Origin: Selaginella moellendorffii
Taxonomy: Eukaryota > Plantae > Lycopodiophyta
Direction of reading: 5' to 3'
Length of the DNA stretch: 64,000 nucleotides
NCBI RefSeq assembly: GCF_000143415.4
Contig: NW_003314283.1
Coordinates: 320,752 to 384,751, forward strand
The position numbers were made by a program, and so were the translations under genes. Shown here one piece after another: positions 1 through 13,898 of this stretch; the stretch's first letter is position 1; every line of letters starts with the position of its first letter. The notes under the pieces were generated by a model, which saw nothing but the letters and a program-made list of their open reading frames with translations, was not told the DNA's origin and made no database searches.

Positions 1-454
1 AAGGTGCTAATTTCAAAAGGGGTGGCCCATGGGGTTAGGTATGGAGGAATCCATGCATGATCACAAACTTGTCAAGTAAAAGGACTTGGCAATGCAGAGG
101 AACTAAGTTCCTAAGTTATGATTTATAGCGTGCTTTAACTATAAGTTGGTGCACCGGCGTGGGGAGTCACGTCAGGCATCTTGGATGATGCCTTTCATAG
201 ATGCATATACGAAGGTTAGGTTCAAGTCCTGACCCTCTAGTGCTTGGGTTTGTGTCCCAACTCACTAGGGCGTGGTGATGGTTTGAAATATGAGGACACT
301 CATTTTTTGGTGGTCATGGACTCCAAGTAAGGAGACTGGCTTGGGCACACCGGAGTTGTGATGCACAGTTATATTGCTTAGTGTGGCTCGGCATATCTAA
401 ATTAAACACTTTGGTGTGAGTGGCACCAAGACGTAATGAATGAAATGAGGACAC

Positions 455-2068
455 TGTAAGCGACTAAATTTTTCTATTCTACTTTAGTCACTTTAACCAC
501 ACCTCTGACCATTTGGAGGAGTCTCATTCACAACCTCCATAAGTCCCACTCAGGACTTGCTAGCCCCAAGAATGACATCCATGCCACTCAACCTTTGCAC
601 TTGGTCCTAGTGCTCCACGTGTCCGGTCCCATGACCGACACCCCAAGGTACCACTGACATATCAGCCTGTTATGCTAAGGCCATGCCCCTTTACCTTGGT
701 CACACTGGTGGTCTAACACCACCTGCATCACAATCCTATCTCTCAAGGACTGGGCCATCCGTCCATGAGTGATCATTCCATATCCACTCCTTAGCATCCT
801 TAGGATGCCCACAGGCGTGGGGAATAGCCTTCCCCAATATCCCTTTTCCAGTCTTCACCAAGTCCCTTTCTGCCCATGGCCGTGTTCGCCAACACTGCCA
901 CTGGATCGAGGCCCACAGGCTTGACCACTAAGTCCCACGGTCCTCTGGGACTTCCTCACCACTCGACTGTATCCTTGGTCACTACACCAGAGGACTACTC
1001 TTCCTTTCCACAGTCTGGGCCTTTGGGACAACATTTCAAAACACCGTGGTCCTACGCGGGCCTCATAGGTACTCTCCGCGCCTTCCGCCTTTGGGTGCTC
1101 TAGCCATGGGCTTAGAGCGAGGTTCCGTTGAGCCACACCAGGTATCCAAGTAAGTAGTGCCACCCATACTTGGACTGGGAGCATCGACCATTCGATCTCC
1201 CGGGGGAACTAGAGCCGGCTCTTGAACACTTCACCAAGCTACCCCACTTGTTGGTCCGTATTCACTCTAGTCTTGGACTTCCCAGTGGTCAGTTCATCAC
1301 CCAACACTGGGATGGCCTTCCTGGGCCAAACTGGCCTTTCCTGGGCCGAACTGGCCCTTCCTGGCCAAACTGGCTCCACTGGGCTCCAACCCCCACACTC
1401 TCCTTACTATACTTTTGGAACCCCCCGCAGCCCCCCCCCCCCTGGGGGACGATTGCTTTGGGCTTTCACCCAACTGCCTGTATTAGTATTCGGACTCGGT
1501 CTCGGGCTCAAACTCGGACTCGGACTCGGTCTCGGTCCCGGTTTCGGACTCGGACTTGGTCTCGGTCTCGGTCTTGGCCTCGGTCTCGGTCTCGGTCTCG
1601 GTTCCATCTTGGACTCCATCTCAGACTCCATCTCGGGTCCATCTCGGACTCCATTTCAGACTCCATCTCGGACTCCATCTCGGGTCCATCTCGGACTCCA
1701 TCTCGAACTCCATCTCGGGTCCATCTCGGACTCCATCTCGAACTCCACCTCAGACTCCAACTCGGGTCCATCTCGGACTCCATCTCAGACTCCACCTCGG
1801 ACTCCAACTCGGGTCCATCTCAGACTCCATCTCGGACACTTTCACGTGTCATGTGTTGGTCCTTTTGGGTCCCTTTTTGAAGCCTCGCTTATTGCTCGCT
1901 TCATGCTCATTCCTTGAGCACTCCATTGGGAGTTCCACTCCCGCTCTCAACCTTTCAAGCCGGAGCCTTTTAGTCCAAACGTGTTACGCTCGTTTAGCTT
2001 TTGCTTCGGCCACTACCACGTGGCACCCTTTTGGCTCCACTTTGGGGCATAGGGATTTGTGTCTCACA
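455..2068 (-). repeat. Family A 3' LTR
   Basis: TGTAAGCGAC...GTCTCACA, near-identical to 6119-7727; adjoins the PPT. Confidence 0.92.
1489..1840. repeat. LTR-internal minisatellite: (CTCGGW)n hexamers followed by 11/12-mer GG(A/G)(C)TCCATCTC arrays
   Basis: Directly visible. Equivalent arrays of different length occur at about 7170-7500, 9180-9450, 40980-41470, 43670-44170 and 61825-62400. Confidence 0.9.
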
Positions 2069-5000
2069 ACTCCACCACCCATAGACGAAGTTTGATGTCT
2101 TCATCGAACGGTAAACCCTCTCATAAAGTAACACCTGCATGTATTACCAGTTCCATCCTTGGCACCCAGCCAATATTTGTCTATGGTTTGACACCAAAGG
2201 CTCACCATGCCTTGTCCATCTTCTAAGGAGCATAGTCTCTCCAACATAGAGACTCATTCGGCTACCTGGGGTGGTTTGCTCTCTTTTATTAGTTCAGTTC
2301 TCGCTAAACCCGTTAGAGATATCGTTTCTAACTCAATTCCACTACTCATTCTCGAGTAGTCTCAGATTCTATCGACATAACCTTTGCACTTTGGAACGTT
2401 TACTTTTGACTTCTTGAAGTCAATTTCCTAGGTGTCTCTGACACCTTGCATTGCACATATTGTACAAGTCCACTTCCCTATCCTAAGAAGTCCTCTACTT
2501 GAGGGCACCATCATCCTCTTTTCCATTTTGTGCCACCCTTGGCACTACGTTCCAATTATCATCATTTGTGCCAGGGTTGTCCACAGCCCTATCCTTTGGC
2601 TACTTTGCTGCTCCTCACTTGGAGCTTTTACTTTGCCAAATTGGAGCACTTGGGAATCTAACCTTGGAAGTCTACTTCCTTTCCCGCAATCCGTTAGCAT
2701 CAAACACATTATTGTTCCTTGGCTAACCTCGCCATTTGGATTCCTCCCATTAAATTCTATGGCCAAAACTTGGCCACTAGTCTTTTACTCCTATTCATTG
2801 ATTGTTGCATTAAGCAACAAAGGATCACTACTTCCCTCCTTGAGGTATTCTTTTGGTTCCATGGCAAAGCTCCATTTCGCCAAGTCCAGAGGGTGCTCAC
2901 CCCTAATAGGTCTCTTTAGCAACTTCTACTATGGGCCTCTTCTACGGCCCAACATTATGACCCTCCCATAGGTCCTTTCTAGAGACTACTTTCTTGAACT
3001 CATAATGTATCGTCGTAGTTCATTTCCCTTAAGTGCCCTTCCCACTTGGTCACCTTGACCAAGCCACACCATTATCAATAGTTCAAATCAACGCTTTGAA
3101 TTAGGAACCTTGTTCCTTAACTTCAAAAGGACCTTGTCCTTGTTTAGCCATACGATCACCTAGTGATCTAATCTTGACACCTTAACAGGTTTACCAATAG
3201 GTACTAGGTCTCCCAGACCTTTAACTTGTTGACCATGACCCCGGGGGCATCCCCCACACTTGGCGGTGTGCCCAAGCTAGCCCTTCCAGCCAAGGGTCCA
3301 TAGCAACTGAGACTGGGTGTCCCCATCTCATTCACCACGTCCTTGGTGCCACTCGCACCAAAGTGTTCAAGTTAGATATGCCGAGCCACACTAAGCAATC
3401 TAACCGTGTATCACGACTCCGGAGCATCCCCCGCTTGGCGGTGTGCCCAAGCCAGTCTCCTCACTGAGAGTCTATGACCACTGAAATATGAGTGTCCTCA
3501 TATTCCAAACCATCACCACGCCCTAGTGATTTGGGATTCGAACCCAAACACTAGAGGGTCGGGACTCGAACCCAACCTCCGTATATGCATCTACAGACGG
3601 CATCACCCAGGATGCATGGCGTGACTCATCACGCCGGTGCACCAACTTATAGTTAAAGTGCGCTACAGATCACAACTTAAGAACCTAGTTCCTCCACACT
3701 GCCAAGTCCTCTCACTTGACAAGTCTGTGATCATGCATGGACTCCTCCATGCTTGGCCCCATGGCCCACCCTTTTTGAAGTTATCACCTTCAACTAGGGT
3801 ATTTGTTCCCCCGACTTGCCAATCTCGCTTGGCAAGTCCTCCGACCACTGTAACATGGTTCCTGCATAAGCGTGAAAGTCCTTGACCATCGACGTTCATT
3901 CAAAGCCCTCTCTTTGAACACTCGGGAACTACTTTCCTAACCTTGATAGCCTTGCTTCATGGCAAGCTTCAAGACCACGCTCCTGCTACGCCACTCTAAT
4001 TTTGCGCGTTCCATGAACCATTTACACTTGGCCTTTCTAGGTACTAAGCTACCTAGAATCGTCTTTGGGAACCTTGAAGGAACTCTGTCCCTTAGCTTGC
4101 TAAGGCCTCCCTTTTTGCAAGCTTTATAGTTGCCATATAGTCTAACATGGACAATTCTATATTTTAGACTCCCCATGGCATCACGGTTGCTAGCAACAAC
4201 ATCCTCGAGCACCTTCTTGATTCTCCACTCCCAACTTGCATAACCATCGTTGAATATGCCCTTCGATTTCTATAGTTCAGTTTCATCCCAATACTACTTG
4301 CCTTTTGGCCCCATATGTTTCATTTGGTTATTCTCCTCCAGACTAGGAGGATAGCTTTGCACATTTTACTATATCTTAACAAGTATTCTTAGGGATGAAC
4401 CTACTCGATAGCCTAGGGAGTGGTTCCTCAATCTTGGGCATGCTCACCTTATAATCCTACACATTGGGATTAACGTTGCTACTTATGGGCCTTTACATGC
4501 CCATCACTAGCCTTGCCAAAATTCCATTTTTGGCTGTCCAATTCGAGTAGACAGTCTTCTCCTGTCTCCACAACCTTGGACATTTGGATAGCACCTTCTA
4601 TCCATCATTCGCTAGGGACTTAGTCCCTTGGGCCTTATCTATTGCCCTTGCGACATGAAACACCACCTCTTGGTGTTCTAGAGTGTTTGGGTGTCCCAAT
4701 GATAGCCTCCTAACAATGAACATTCCCGTTTACAACATTAATTTACTATATTGCAATATAAACAATTTATCCCCCGTAAGGGTATATCTAACTTCCTTAT
4801 GCCATCAAAAAGTCTTGGGTAGCTACCTTTTACCCATTTAACCAATTATCTTGCACTTTTTGTTTAGTTGCCCCATAATTATTAAGTTCTATAACTCATT
4901 GTTTGGTGCTTCCACACCTCTATCATTATCTAGGTCACCACCCTCCAACCGCATACTTTCCAGCTTAGGCCATGCCATTCCCACTTCCGTTGGGATTCCC

Positions 5001-6103
5001 TTGGCAAAGGGTTCTTATGAACCCACCATTATAACCTCAAGGTATCACACTTTGGCATATTTGGTGTCTCCACACCATCGGCCTCACGAGCCTACCTTTA
5101 TGACACTACTTATTAGTGTCTAGGTCTTTGCCAAGACCAATATAATTGTTCCCCATGCTAACTATCCGTTAGCACCGCACCATAGTGTTTGCACCCAACT
5201 CTGGGCCAAAGTTGCTTTCTTCTGGGAACATTTTTCCCACAATTTTAGTATGGCACATTTTGCCATTAATGAGATACCTACTGTTCTCATACTTGGATCT
5301 TATGATCCTCCCCATACCTCATAGGGCACCATACACCTCAGTCCAAATGCTTTAACCAATCCCTTAGGATCATTCCCTGACTCCGCTTGAGTCATCCAGC
5401 ATTTTTGGACTTTGCTAATCCAACAACCTGCGAGGTCTCAGTCTTAGAGGTGCCAACTCACTAAAATACAACTTCTTGTATTCATATCCTACTCACAAGA
5501 ACAATCTTTGCAAGTGTTACTCTAACACTTAATGATTTTCTTGGGGCTAACCTTTGCCCCTTATGACTACTTGTCCATGTGATAAGAATAGCAACTCATC
5601 TTTAAGTACACCCCCAACTCCTTGGGTTGTTCCAGCATTTATTAGAGGTAGCCCCGGCTACCATTTCAAGGACTGGTATCCTCTTCTGTATTTAACCTCC
5701 CACGGTCAACAATTCCGGTCTCAAATTTATGAGTACCAGCCTCAACCATATAAGGGTAATCTTGTGACTCCTTTATTGTTTTGGAGTCTGCATCTTTCCC
5801 GTGATCCCAACTATAGTTGTTTACCACAACTACATTAGTTCGTTTGCTGCGTCAAACGCTCATCTGGATCACATCCTCAGCTCTCTGAGGAAACCCTTAT
5901 ACTGTTCCCAAGATCCCAAAGTCGTTCCCTTATTGGCCCTTTTCCATCCACCATATCGTGCACAAGTTCATGCATGAACTTGAGTGGAGAGCCATGTCCT
6001 TTCGATATGCTACTCCTCGAGGATAGGTCCATATCTAGGACCTTCCAATTCCAATACAAGCGGTGATATACTTGGCCACCAATAAGAGTCGGACTAAGGA
6101 ACA

Positions 6104-6115
6104 GCTCCGATACCA
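6104..6115 (-). promoter_or_regulatory. Primer-binding site (tRNA-iMet type)
   Basis: Minus strand TGGTATCGGAGC, 3 nt from the LTR; resembles the canonical TGGTATCAGAGC. Confidence 0.85.
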
Positions 6116-6118
6116 AGT

Positions 6119-7727
6119 TGTAAGCGACTAAATTTTTCCATTCTACTTTAGTCACTTAACCACACCTCTGACCACTTGGAGGAGTCTCATTCACAACCTC
6201 CATAAGTCCCACTCAGGACTTGGGACTTGCTAGCCCCAAGAATAGCATCCATGCCACTCAACCTTTGCACTTGGTCCTAGTGCTCCACGTGTCCGGTCCC
6301 ATGACCGACACCCCAAAGTACCACTAACATATCAGCCCATTACGCTAAGGCCATGCCCCTTTACCTTGGTCACACTGGTGGTCTAACACCACCTGCATCA
6401 CAATCCTATCTCTCAAGGACTGGGCCATCCGTCCATAAGTGATCATTCCATATCCACTCCTTAGCATCCTTAGGATGCCCACAGGCATGAGGAATAGCCT
6501 TCCCCAATATCCCTTTTCCAGTCTTCACCAAGTCCCTTTCTGCCCATGGCCGTGTTCGCCAACATTGCCACTGGATCGAGGCCCACAAGCCCGACCACTA
6601 AATCCCACGGTCCTCTGGGACGTCCTCACCACTCGACTGTATCCTTGGTCACTACACCAGAGGACTACTCTTCCTTTCCACAGTCTGGGCCTTTGGGACA
6701 ACATTTCGAAACACCGTGGTCCTACGTGGGCCTCATGGGTACTCTCCCCGCCTTCCGCCTTTGGGTGCTCTAGCCATGGGCTTAGAGCGAGGTTCCGTTG
6801 AGCCACACCAGGTATCCAAGTAGGTAGTGCCACCCACACTTGGACTGGGAGCATCGACCATTCAATCTCCCGGGGGAACTAGAGCCGGCTCTTGAACACT
6901 TCACCAAGCTACCCCGCTTGTTGGTCCGTATTCACTCTAGTCTTGGACTTCCCAGTGGTCAGTTCATCACCCAACACTGGGTATGGCCTTCCTGGGCCAA
7001 ACTAGCCTTTCCTGGGCCGAACTGACCCTTCCTGGCCAAACTGGCTCCACTGGGCTCCAACCCCCACACTCTCCCTACTATACTTTTGGAACCCCCCGTA
7101 GCCCCCCCTCCCCCCCCGGGACGATCGCTTTGGGCTTTCACCCAACTCCCAACTGCCTGTATTAGTATTCAGACTCAGACTCGGGCTTGAACTCGGACTC
7201 GGACTCAGTCTCGGCCCCAGTTTCGGACTCGGACTCGGTCTCGGTCTCGGTCTTGGCCTCGGTCTCGGTCTCGGTCTCGGTCTCGGTTCCATCTCGGACT
7301 CCATCTCGGACTCCATCTCAGACTCCATCTCGGGTACATCTCCGACTCCATCTCCGACTCCAACTCGGGTCCATCTCGGACTCCATCTCGGTCCATCTCG
7401 GACTCCACCTTGGACTCCAACTCGGGTCCATCTCGGACTCCATCTCAGACTCCACCTCGGACTCCAACTCGGGTCCATCTCGGACTCCATCTCGGACACT
7501 TCCACGTGTCATGTGTTGGTCCTTTTGGGTCCCTTTTTGAAGCCTCGCTTATTGCTCGCTTCATGCTCCTTCCTTGAGCACTCCGTTGGGAGTTCCACTC
7601 CCGCTCTCAACCTTTCAAGCCGGAGCCTTTTAGTCCAAACGTGTTACGCTCGTTTGGCTTTTGCTTTGCCATTACCATGTGGCACCCTTTTGGCTCCACT
7701 TTGGGGCATAAGGATTTGTGTCTCACA
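6119..7727 (-). repeat. Family A 5' LTR
   Basis: TG...CA termini, next to the PBS, followed by TSD GACAC. Confidence 0.92.
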
Positions 7728-8978
7728 GACACCCAATCTCAATTGCTATGGACCCTTAGTCGGAAGGGTTGGCTTGGGTGCACTGCCAAGTGTGGGGGAT
7801 GCCCCTAAGGTCATGGTGAACAACTTAAAGGTTTAGAGGACTTAGTACCTATTAAAGTGCCAAAATTAGATTACTAGGTGATCTTATGGCTAAAACAAGG
7901 ACAAAGTCCTTATGAGGTTAAGGGATAAGGTTCCTAATTCAAAGTGTTGATTTGAACTATTGATGATGGTGTGGCTTGGTCAAGGTGACCAAGTGGGAGG
8001 GACACCCAAGGGAAATGAGTTGTGTCAATGCAATAACATAGTGAGTCCGAAGAAAATAGTCTCTATAAAAGACCCATGGAAGGGTCTCAAAATGGGGTTA
8101 TAAGTAAAGCCCATAACAGAAGATGCTAAAAAGACATACTAAGGGTGAACACCCTCTAGACTTGGCAAAGCAAAGTCTTTGCTATGGAACCGAAAGGATA
8201 CCTCGAGAATGGAGGTAGTGATCCAATGTTGCTGGGTGCAACAATCAAGGATAGGAACAAAAAACTAGTGTCTAAGAAAAGAGCCATGAGAATCATGGGA
8301 AAGAATCCAAAAGGCAAAGTTAGGCCAAGAACACTAATATGTTAGGTGCTAACGAATTGTGGGAAAGGCAATGTGTTTCCAAGGATGGATTCTCAATTGT
8401 TCTGATTTAGTGAAAGGGGAAGCTCCAAAGAAGGGAGCGGTAAGGTAGACAAATGATAGGGCCATGGACAGCCCTAGCACAAATCATGATAGCTGGAACT
8501 TAATGCCCAAAGTGGCACGAAATAGAAGAGAGGATGATAATGCCCTCAAGTAAAGAACTTCCTAGGAAGCGGAAATGGAGTTACACAATATTTGCAATGC
8601 AAGGTATCGAAGACACCTAGGAAATTGACTTCAAGAAGTCAAAAGTAAAAGTTCCAAAGTGCAAAGGTTATATTGATGGAAACTAAGATTACTTGAGAAG
8701 AAGTAGTGGGATTGAGATAAAGATGGTGTCTGTAATAGGTTTAGCAAGAACTAAACCAATAAAAGGAGAGAACCACCACAAATGGTCCAATCAGTCTCTA
8801 AGTTGGAGAGACTATCCTTCTTAGAGGATGGGCAAGGCATGGTGAGCTTTCGATATCAAACCATTGACGAATATTAGCGAAGGGCCAAGGATGGAAAGGG
8901 TAATATAAGTTGGTATTACTTTATAAAATAGTTTATCATTCGATGAGGACATCAAACTTCGTCTATGGGTGGTGGAGT

Positions 8979-10458
8979 TGTGAGACACAAAATCCCTAGG
9001 CCCCAAAGTGGAGCCGAAAGGGTGCCACGTGGTAGTGGCCGAAGTGAAAGCCAAACGAGTGTAACATGTTTGGACCAAAAGCTCCAACTTGAAAGGTCAA
9101 GAGTGGGAGTAGAACTCCCAACGAAGTGCTCGAGGAACAAGCACGAAGCGAGCAATAAGTGAGTCCCTAGAAACGGGACCTGAGATGGACCCAAGATGGA
9201 GTCCAAGATGGAATTTGAAATGGACCCGAGATAAAGTTCGAGATGGAGTCCGAAATAGAGTCCGAGATGGACCCGAGATGGAGTTCGAGATGGAGTCCGA
9301 GATGGACCCGAGATGGAGTTCGAAATGGAGTCTGTGATGGACCTGAGATGGATCCGAGATGGAGTTCGAGATGGACCCGAGATGGAACCGGGACCGAGAC
9401 CGAGTCCGAGTCTGAGTTTGAGTCTGTGTCCGAGTCTGAGTCCGAGTTCGAATACTAATATAGGCAGTTGGGTGAAAGCCCAAAGCGATCATCCCCCAGG
9501 GGGGGGGGGGGGGGGGGGTCCCAAAATTTAATAAGGGGAGTGGGGGGGTTGGAGCCCCCTGGAGCCCGTTTGGCCCGGAAAGGGCCGTTTGGCCCAGAAA
9601 GGGCCTACCCCGGGGTGGGGGGTGGGCTGACCCAGATTAGAGTGAATACGGACTGATAAGCGGGATAGCTTGGTGAAGTGTTCAAGAGCTGGCTCTAGTT
9701 CCCCCGGGAGATCGAATGGCTGATGCTCCCAGTCCAAATGTGGTGGCACTACCTACTTGGATACCTGGCGTGGCTCAACAAAACCTCGCTCTAAGCCCAT
9801 GGCTAGAGCACCCAAAGGCGGAAGGCAGGAAGAGTACCCACAAGGCTCATGTAAGGCCATGGTGTTCTAAAATGTTGTCCCAAAGTCCCAGGCTGTGAAA
9901 AAGAAGAGGAGCAATCCTCTAGTGTAGAGACCAAGGACACAGTCACACAATGAGGAAGTCCTAGAGGACAGTAAGACTTAGTGGTTGGGCCTATGGGCCT
10001 TGATCTAGTGGCAATGTTGGTGAACGTAGCCATAGATAAAAAGGGACTTGGTGGGGACCGGAACAAAGATATTGGGGAAAGTTGTTCCCCATATTTGTGG
10101 GCATCCTAAGGATGCTAAGGAGTGGATCTGGGATGACCACTCATAGACAGATGGCCCAGTCTTTGAGAGACGGGATTGCAACACAGGTGGTGTTGGACTA
10201 CTGATGTGACCAAGGTGAATAGGCATGGCCTAGCGTAACAAGCTGATATGTTAGTGGTACCCTGGGGTGTCGGTCATGGGATCGGACACGTGGAGTACTT
10301 AGACCAAGTGCAAAGGTTGAGTGGCATGGATGCCATTCTTGGGGTTAACAAGCCCCAAGTCTTGAATTGGATTTATAGAGGTTGTGAGTGAGATTCTTCT
10401 TAGTGGTTGGAGAGGTGGTTAAGTGACTAAAGTAGAATGGAAAAATTAATCTTTTACA
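8979..10458 (+). repeat. Family A LTR of the host copy (opposite orientation)
   Basis: Reverse complement of 455-2068, more diverged; PPT immediately upstream. Confidence 0.88.
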
Positions 10459-12874
10459 TTTGGTTAGTTTGGTTCCTAAAAAGCTTTAAATGGTGATTCA
10501 CTTTTACTTTCTTCTAACTTTGTTCTAGTGTTGATGGCATTGAAGTGATGCCTTGTCATTGACATTATTGTTGTTGAGATTTAAGTGAAATAATATTTCT
10601 CTTTATAAGATTGATATTGAGTTTCATTAATCTTGATGCAAATAGTGTTGATGTTTAGGTTATAGCTTTGTGTTATTAGCATTCATGCATTTGCTACTTA
10701 GCAACTATATATAAGCAACCAAAAGGAACGACTCAAGATATGATCCATAAGAGTTCAAATATAAAGGGAAAAGGCCCATAAACAAGAGTGCACCCTCTTT
10801 TCTAATCGGTTAAGGGTATTGGGATAATTAGGGTTAAGTGTCCTTGAGTTTAAATAATACTGAGCTAGGAGGACCAAATTCAAAAGATTACACTATATTA
10901 GCATTTAAACGAACTGAGTGGCAAGTTTGAATTAGTTTTGTTCTAAACGAGATTGTTTAATAGGAGTTGATTTTTGTTTTTTCTTGAAAAGTGAGTGGCA
11001 ACTTTGAGTTAGTTGTGTTCTAAACGAGATTGTTTAGTAAGGGTTGAACTTTAGTTTTTTCTTGAAAAGTGATTTAGTCATGGACTATATTAGTTTTACG
11101 AGAGGAAAAGTTAGTCATTAATATTGGAATGTTTGAATCTTTGTTAGATTTGAGTTGGGGATATATTGATCATTGATGATTCTTTTTGTGTTTGTTATAA
11201 AGTGAGTTATGTCTTGCTATAGATGAATTCACAAAGGATCATTTAGTGATCACTTATTGAACATAACTTTATTATGTTTAACTTTTAAATTGATGTAAAC
11301 ATGCTCTTCATTAATTTGGCATTATGAAGTTTAGGTTATGAATGTGTTGAAGAGGATATTATGGTGATTGTACCATAATTTCTTTTTAGCATTGAAGTTA
11401 GTTTATGCAAAGACTCATGATCATTTTTAAACAAGACTTAACTATAAGCTTCTTTGAGCTTTTGGTTTTTTAAATTATATGCTCATTATTCCATTTATTA
11501 AGAGTTGTTGGGGAAGGTATTTTAGCTCATTAGCTTTGATGTTGAAGCTAGCTTTTGCATCTGGCAATCATTAGTAACTATTAACTATCATCTAAGATAG
11601 TTGATTATTCTTGTCAAATGTTTTGTTTAATTATTGTTAATATAGAATGATATGCTATTCTTTGGGATGGTGGATTTTTTCTTCGACAATAATTATGCAT
11701 CTCTTCATTGATGTGATGATTGATGATCTTTTATAATAGTTAGTTATTCTCTTTAATGGTTTTTGATTTTTCGCAATACAATATATTCTTTATGTTTGCT
11801 CTCGATTGGTCTCTTGGGTTTAAAACATTGGTAGGATGTTACTAGCTCTTACTTAAGAAACTTGAGTTCCTTAGTATTATTGACTGGGATCTATTCAAGT
11901 TAAACCATAGTAATAATTAACAAAATAGAATGAATGTAGCAAGACTAATAAACATTTATTTGTGCCAAGTATTGTACTAGTTTAGTTCTGATAAATTAAA
12001 TGTTATTTTCTTTGGGTGATACATTCATGAGTATTTTGCTTGCCAATTAATGATACTTTGTGTTTTTGAGTTATCTTATATAAGTGGTTTAATACGCTAT
12101 CTACAATCTTTGATAGTTAAGTTTTCTCATTAAGTTTTCTTAATCATATATTAGCTATTGAATTTTTTTGGATAGTGAATTCTATGTTTTCCAACTATAG
12201 TTATCTTGGTGGTACCTATATTATAATATTGGTTTATCGGATGACAACTTACTTGGAATACTTTTGTGTTCTTATCTAAGATTTATTCATTGATAATTAA
12301 GTCTCTTAGATATCAGTGTCTCTAACTTTGATATTATCCATCTATTGATCTTAAAGTTTGGGCCAGTATAGGCAAACTAACTTCGGCACTTCATGGGTAT
12401 GGTGAAATCTTTAATCATAGGGTAAATACTGTCAACCGGTCATATCACCCGCCTCTCTGTCAATATTCCTTATTTTTGTAAAGGGCATTATCTTGTAAAT
12501 AACTCTAACTACCTATTTACAATAATTTATCTAAACCTTATTGATGGGTTTTGTTTCTTTGCTCAAAAGGGTTAGGGTCTTTGGCTTCTCTCTTTATGTC
12601 TCTACAGGTAAAGGTGTATCACACTTTTGTAAGTTAGGTGACACCAAGAGTAGCAAGGGTGGCACCGTTGGTCATTTCTTTATCAGCGACGGCTGGAAGG
12701 TGTCTGAGTTGGTTCTACATCTGTGTTAGATAAAAAGGTTACCTTAACTCATTTAAGTTGGTGCATTTTTTACAAAGTGTGAACACTATGAACTTAAGGA
12801 AGATCAACATCCTTATCGATGAATACTCTAATCTAGAGCACCACCTTTGAAACAACTTTAGAAAAAGAGGAAAG
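10459..12874 (+). mobile_element. Heavily decayed retroelement interior (probable Gypsy gag-pol remnant)
   Basis: AT-rich with no ORFs. Faint RT/RNase H-like traces (GHYEF-like near 11320, DAS-like near 11550). Ends in the purine tract AGAAAAAGAGGAAAG directly before the family B LTR. Confidence 0.45.
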
Positions 12875-13898
12875 TGCCGCAAATATGACTACAAGTATCA
12901 AAAATTACTTGTTGGTTAGTCCTTTTGAATATTTTTTCCTTTTTAACACGAGGTCAATATTGTTGGATCCTTTATCAGTCTCCACTCAAACTAGTTAAGA
13001 AATTGGTCAATGGCCATGTATTTAAATTGGATAAACATAAAGTAGGAACTCCTATGTGTTTCTTGTTGAGTATACTTGGTTTGGTTTGAGAAACTCCTAT
13101 CATTGGCTTGCATTTGTTAGTGTTGTGAACCCCTGCAATATTGAGCTTAGTCCCTTAATATTCACCAAATGATAACTTACCATGTCTGCCAAACACCTTT
13201 GCTATAATACACCTTGTGTTAGTTCCATTGAGTCCCAATTGTTATTTATAGAAAATGCCTAGATTTGCTAATTTGGCATATTTACAGAATGTAAAGATTA
13301 TTCTAAATATAATGGTGTTCATCCCATGTGCAAATTTGCAATCTAGCAACATTCCATATTTAGTAAGTTTCAAGTGCCAACCAACCTGAGACATAGTCTA
13401 ACTTCTATTTGTGTGTTTGTTTTTGTTATGTGTCCGGTTTAGATCTAAGCTCAAGTTCCATACCATGCTAATTGGTGGAGTACCCATATCCTTGTGTTAG
13501 GCCACCGGTATGCTGAAATAGCATTAATCCACTGGTATGTTGAAATAGCATCAAACTCCATTTGACTCTATTTTCCATGTTGGTCCTGGCATTAAGATGT
13601 TGGATGCTCTAAAACTGTTCCAAGTCGCTCCATGTTCCTATCCCTTCGCTCTTTGGGCTGTATGCTCGGGAGTTGCTCCGTGCTTTGGTTCTATCGCTCC
13701 TTGGCTCCATGCTTAAGAGTTTGGCTCCGTTCCTTCGTTCAATGACCTAAGTCTCTGAAACTTAGGTTCCACTCCACTATCCTTGGACACGTGGCATATG
13801 ACATATGGCATATGGCATATGGAAAGTTTAGGTTCCACTTCATGGTTATCCTATGGTAAATCATTATAGAATAAAGGGTAAAAACCACGTGTGCTACA
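12875..13898 (+). repeat. Degenerate family B LTR
   Basis: Reverse complement of the solo LTR at 41902-43023 at both ends (TGCCGCAAATATGACT... / ...CCACGTGTGCTACA); preceded by a PPT. Confidence 0.8.

Larger units (their letters stand above)
455..7727 (-). mobile_element. Complete LTR retroelement, family A, apparently non-autonomous (LARD-like)
   Basis: Two direct LTRs of about 1.6 kb (455-2068, 6119-7727), both TG...CA. The 5-bp TSD GACAC is at 450-454 and 7728-7732. A PBS lies at 6104-6115 and a PPT right after 2068, both on the minus strand. No gag/pol motif is recognisable in the 4-kb interior. Confidence 0.93.
1..10458 (+). mobile_element. Host copy of LTR family A (partial: internal region plus 3' LTR at 8979-10458), interrupted at 450-7732 by another family A copy
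   Basis: 1-449 and 7733-8978 are the reverse complement of the internal region seen at about 2070-3790. The purine tract ATGGGTGGTGGAGT precedes TGTGAGACAC (8979) and the LTR ends ...TTACA (10458). Confidence 0.85.

Noticed and set aside
1170-2095. Long ORFs with GLGLG/RTRSR/MESEMESE repeats here and at 7.0-7.5, 9.1-9.5, 40.8-41.6, 43.4-44.4 and 61.6-62.6 kb
   Set aside because: Stop-free by-products of the LTR minisatellite; open in several frames on both strands and not conserved in frame between copies.
2069-6118. Short ORFs in the family A interior as gag/pol
   Set aside because: No zinc knuckle, protease, YxDD, RNase H or integrase motif is recognisable, and the frames are broken differently in each copy.
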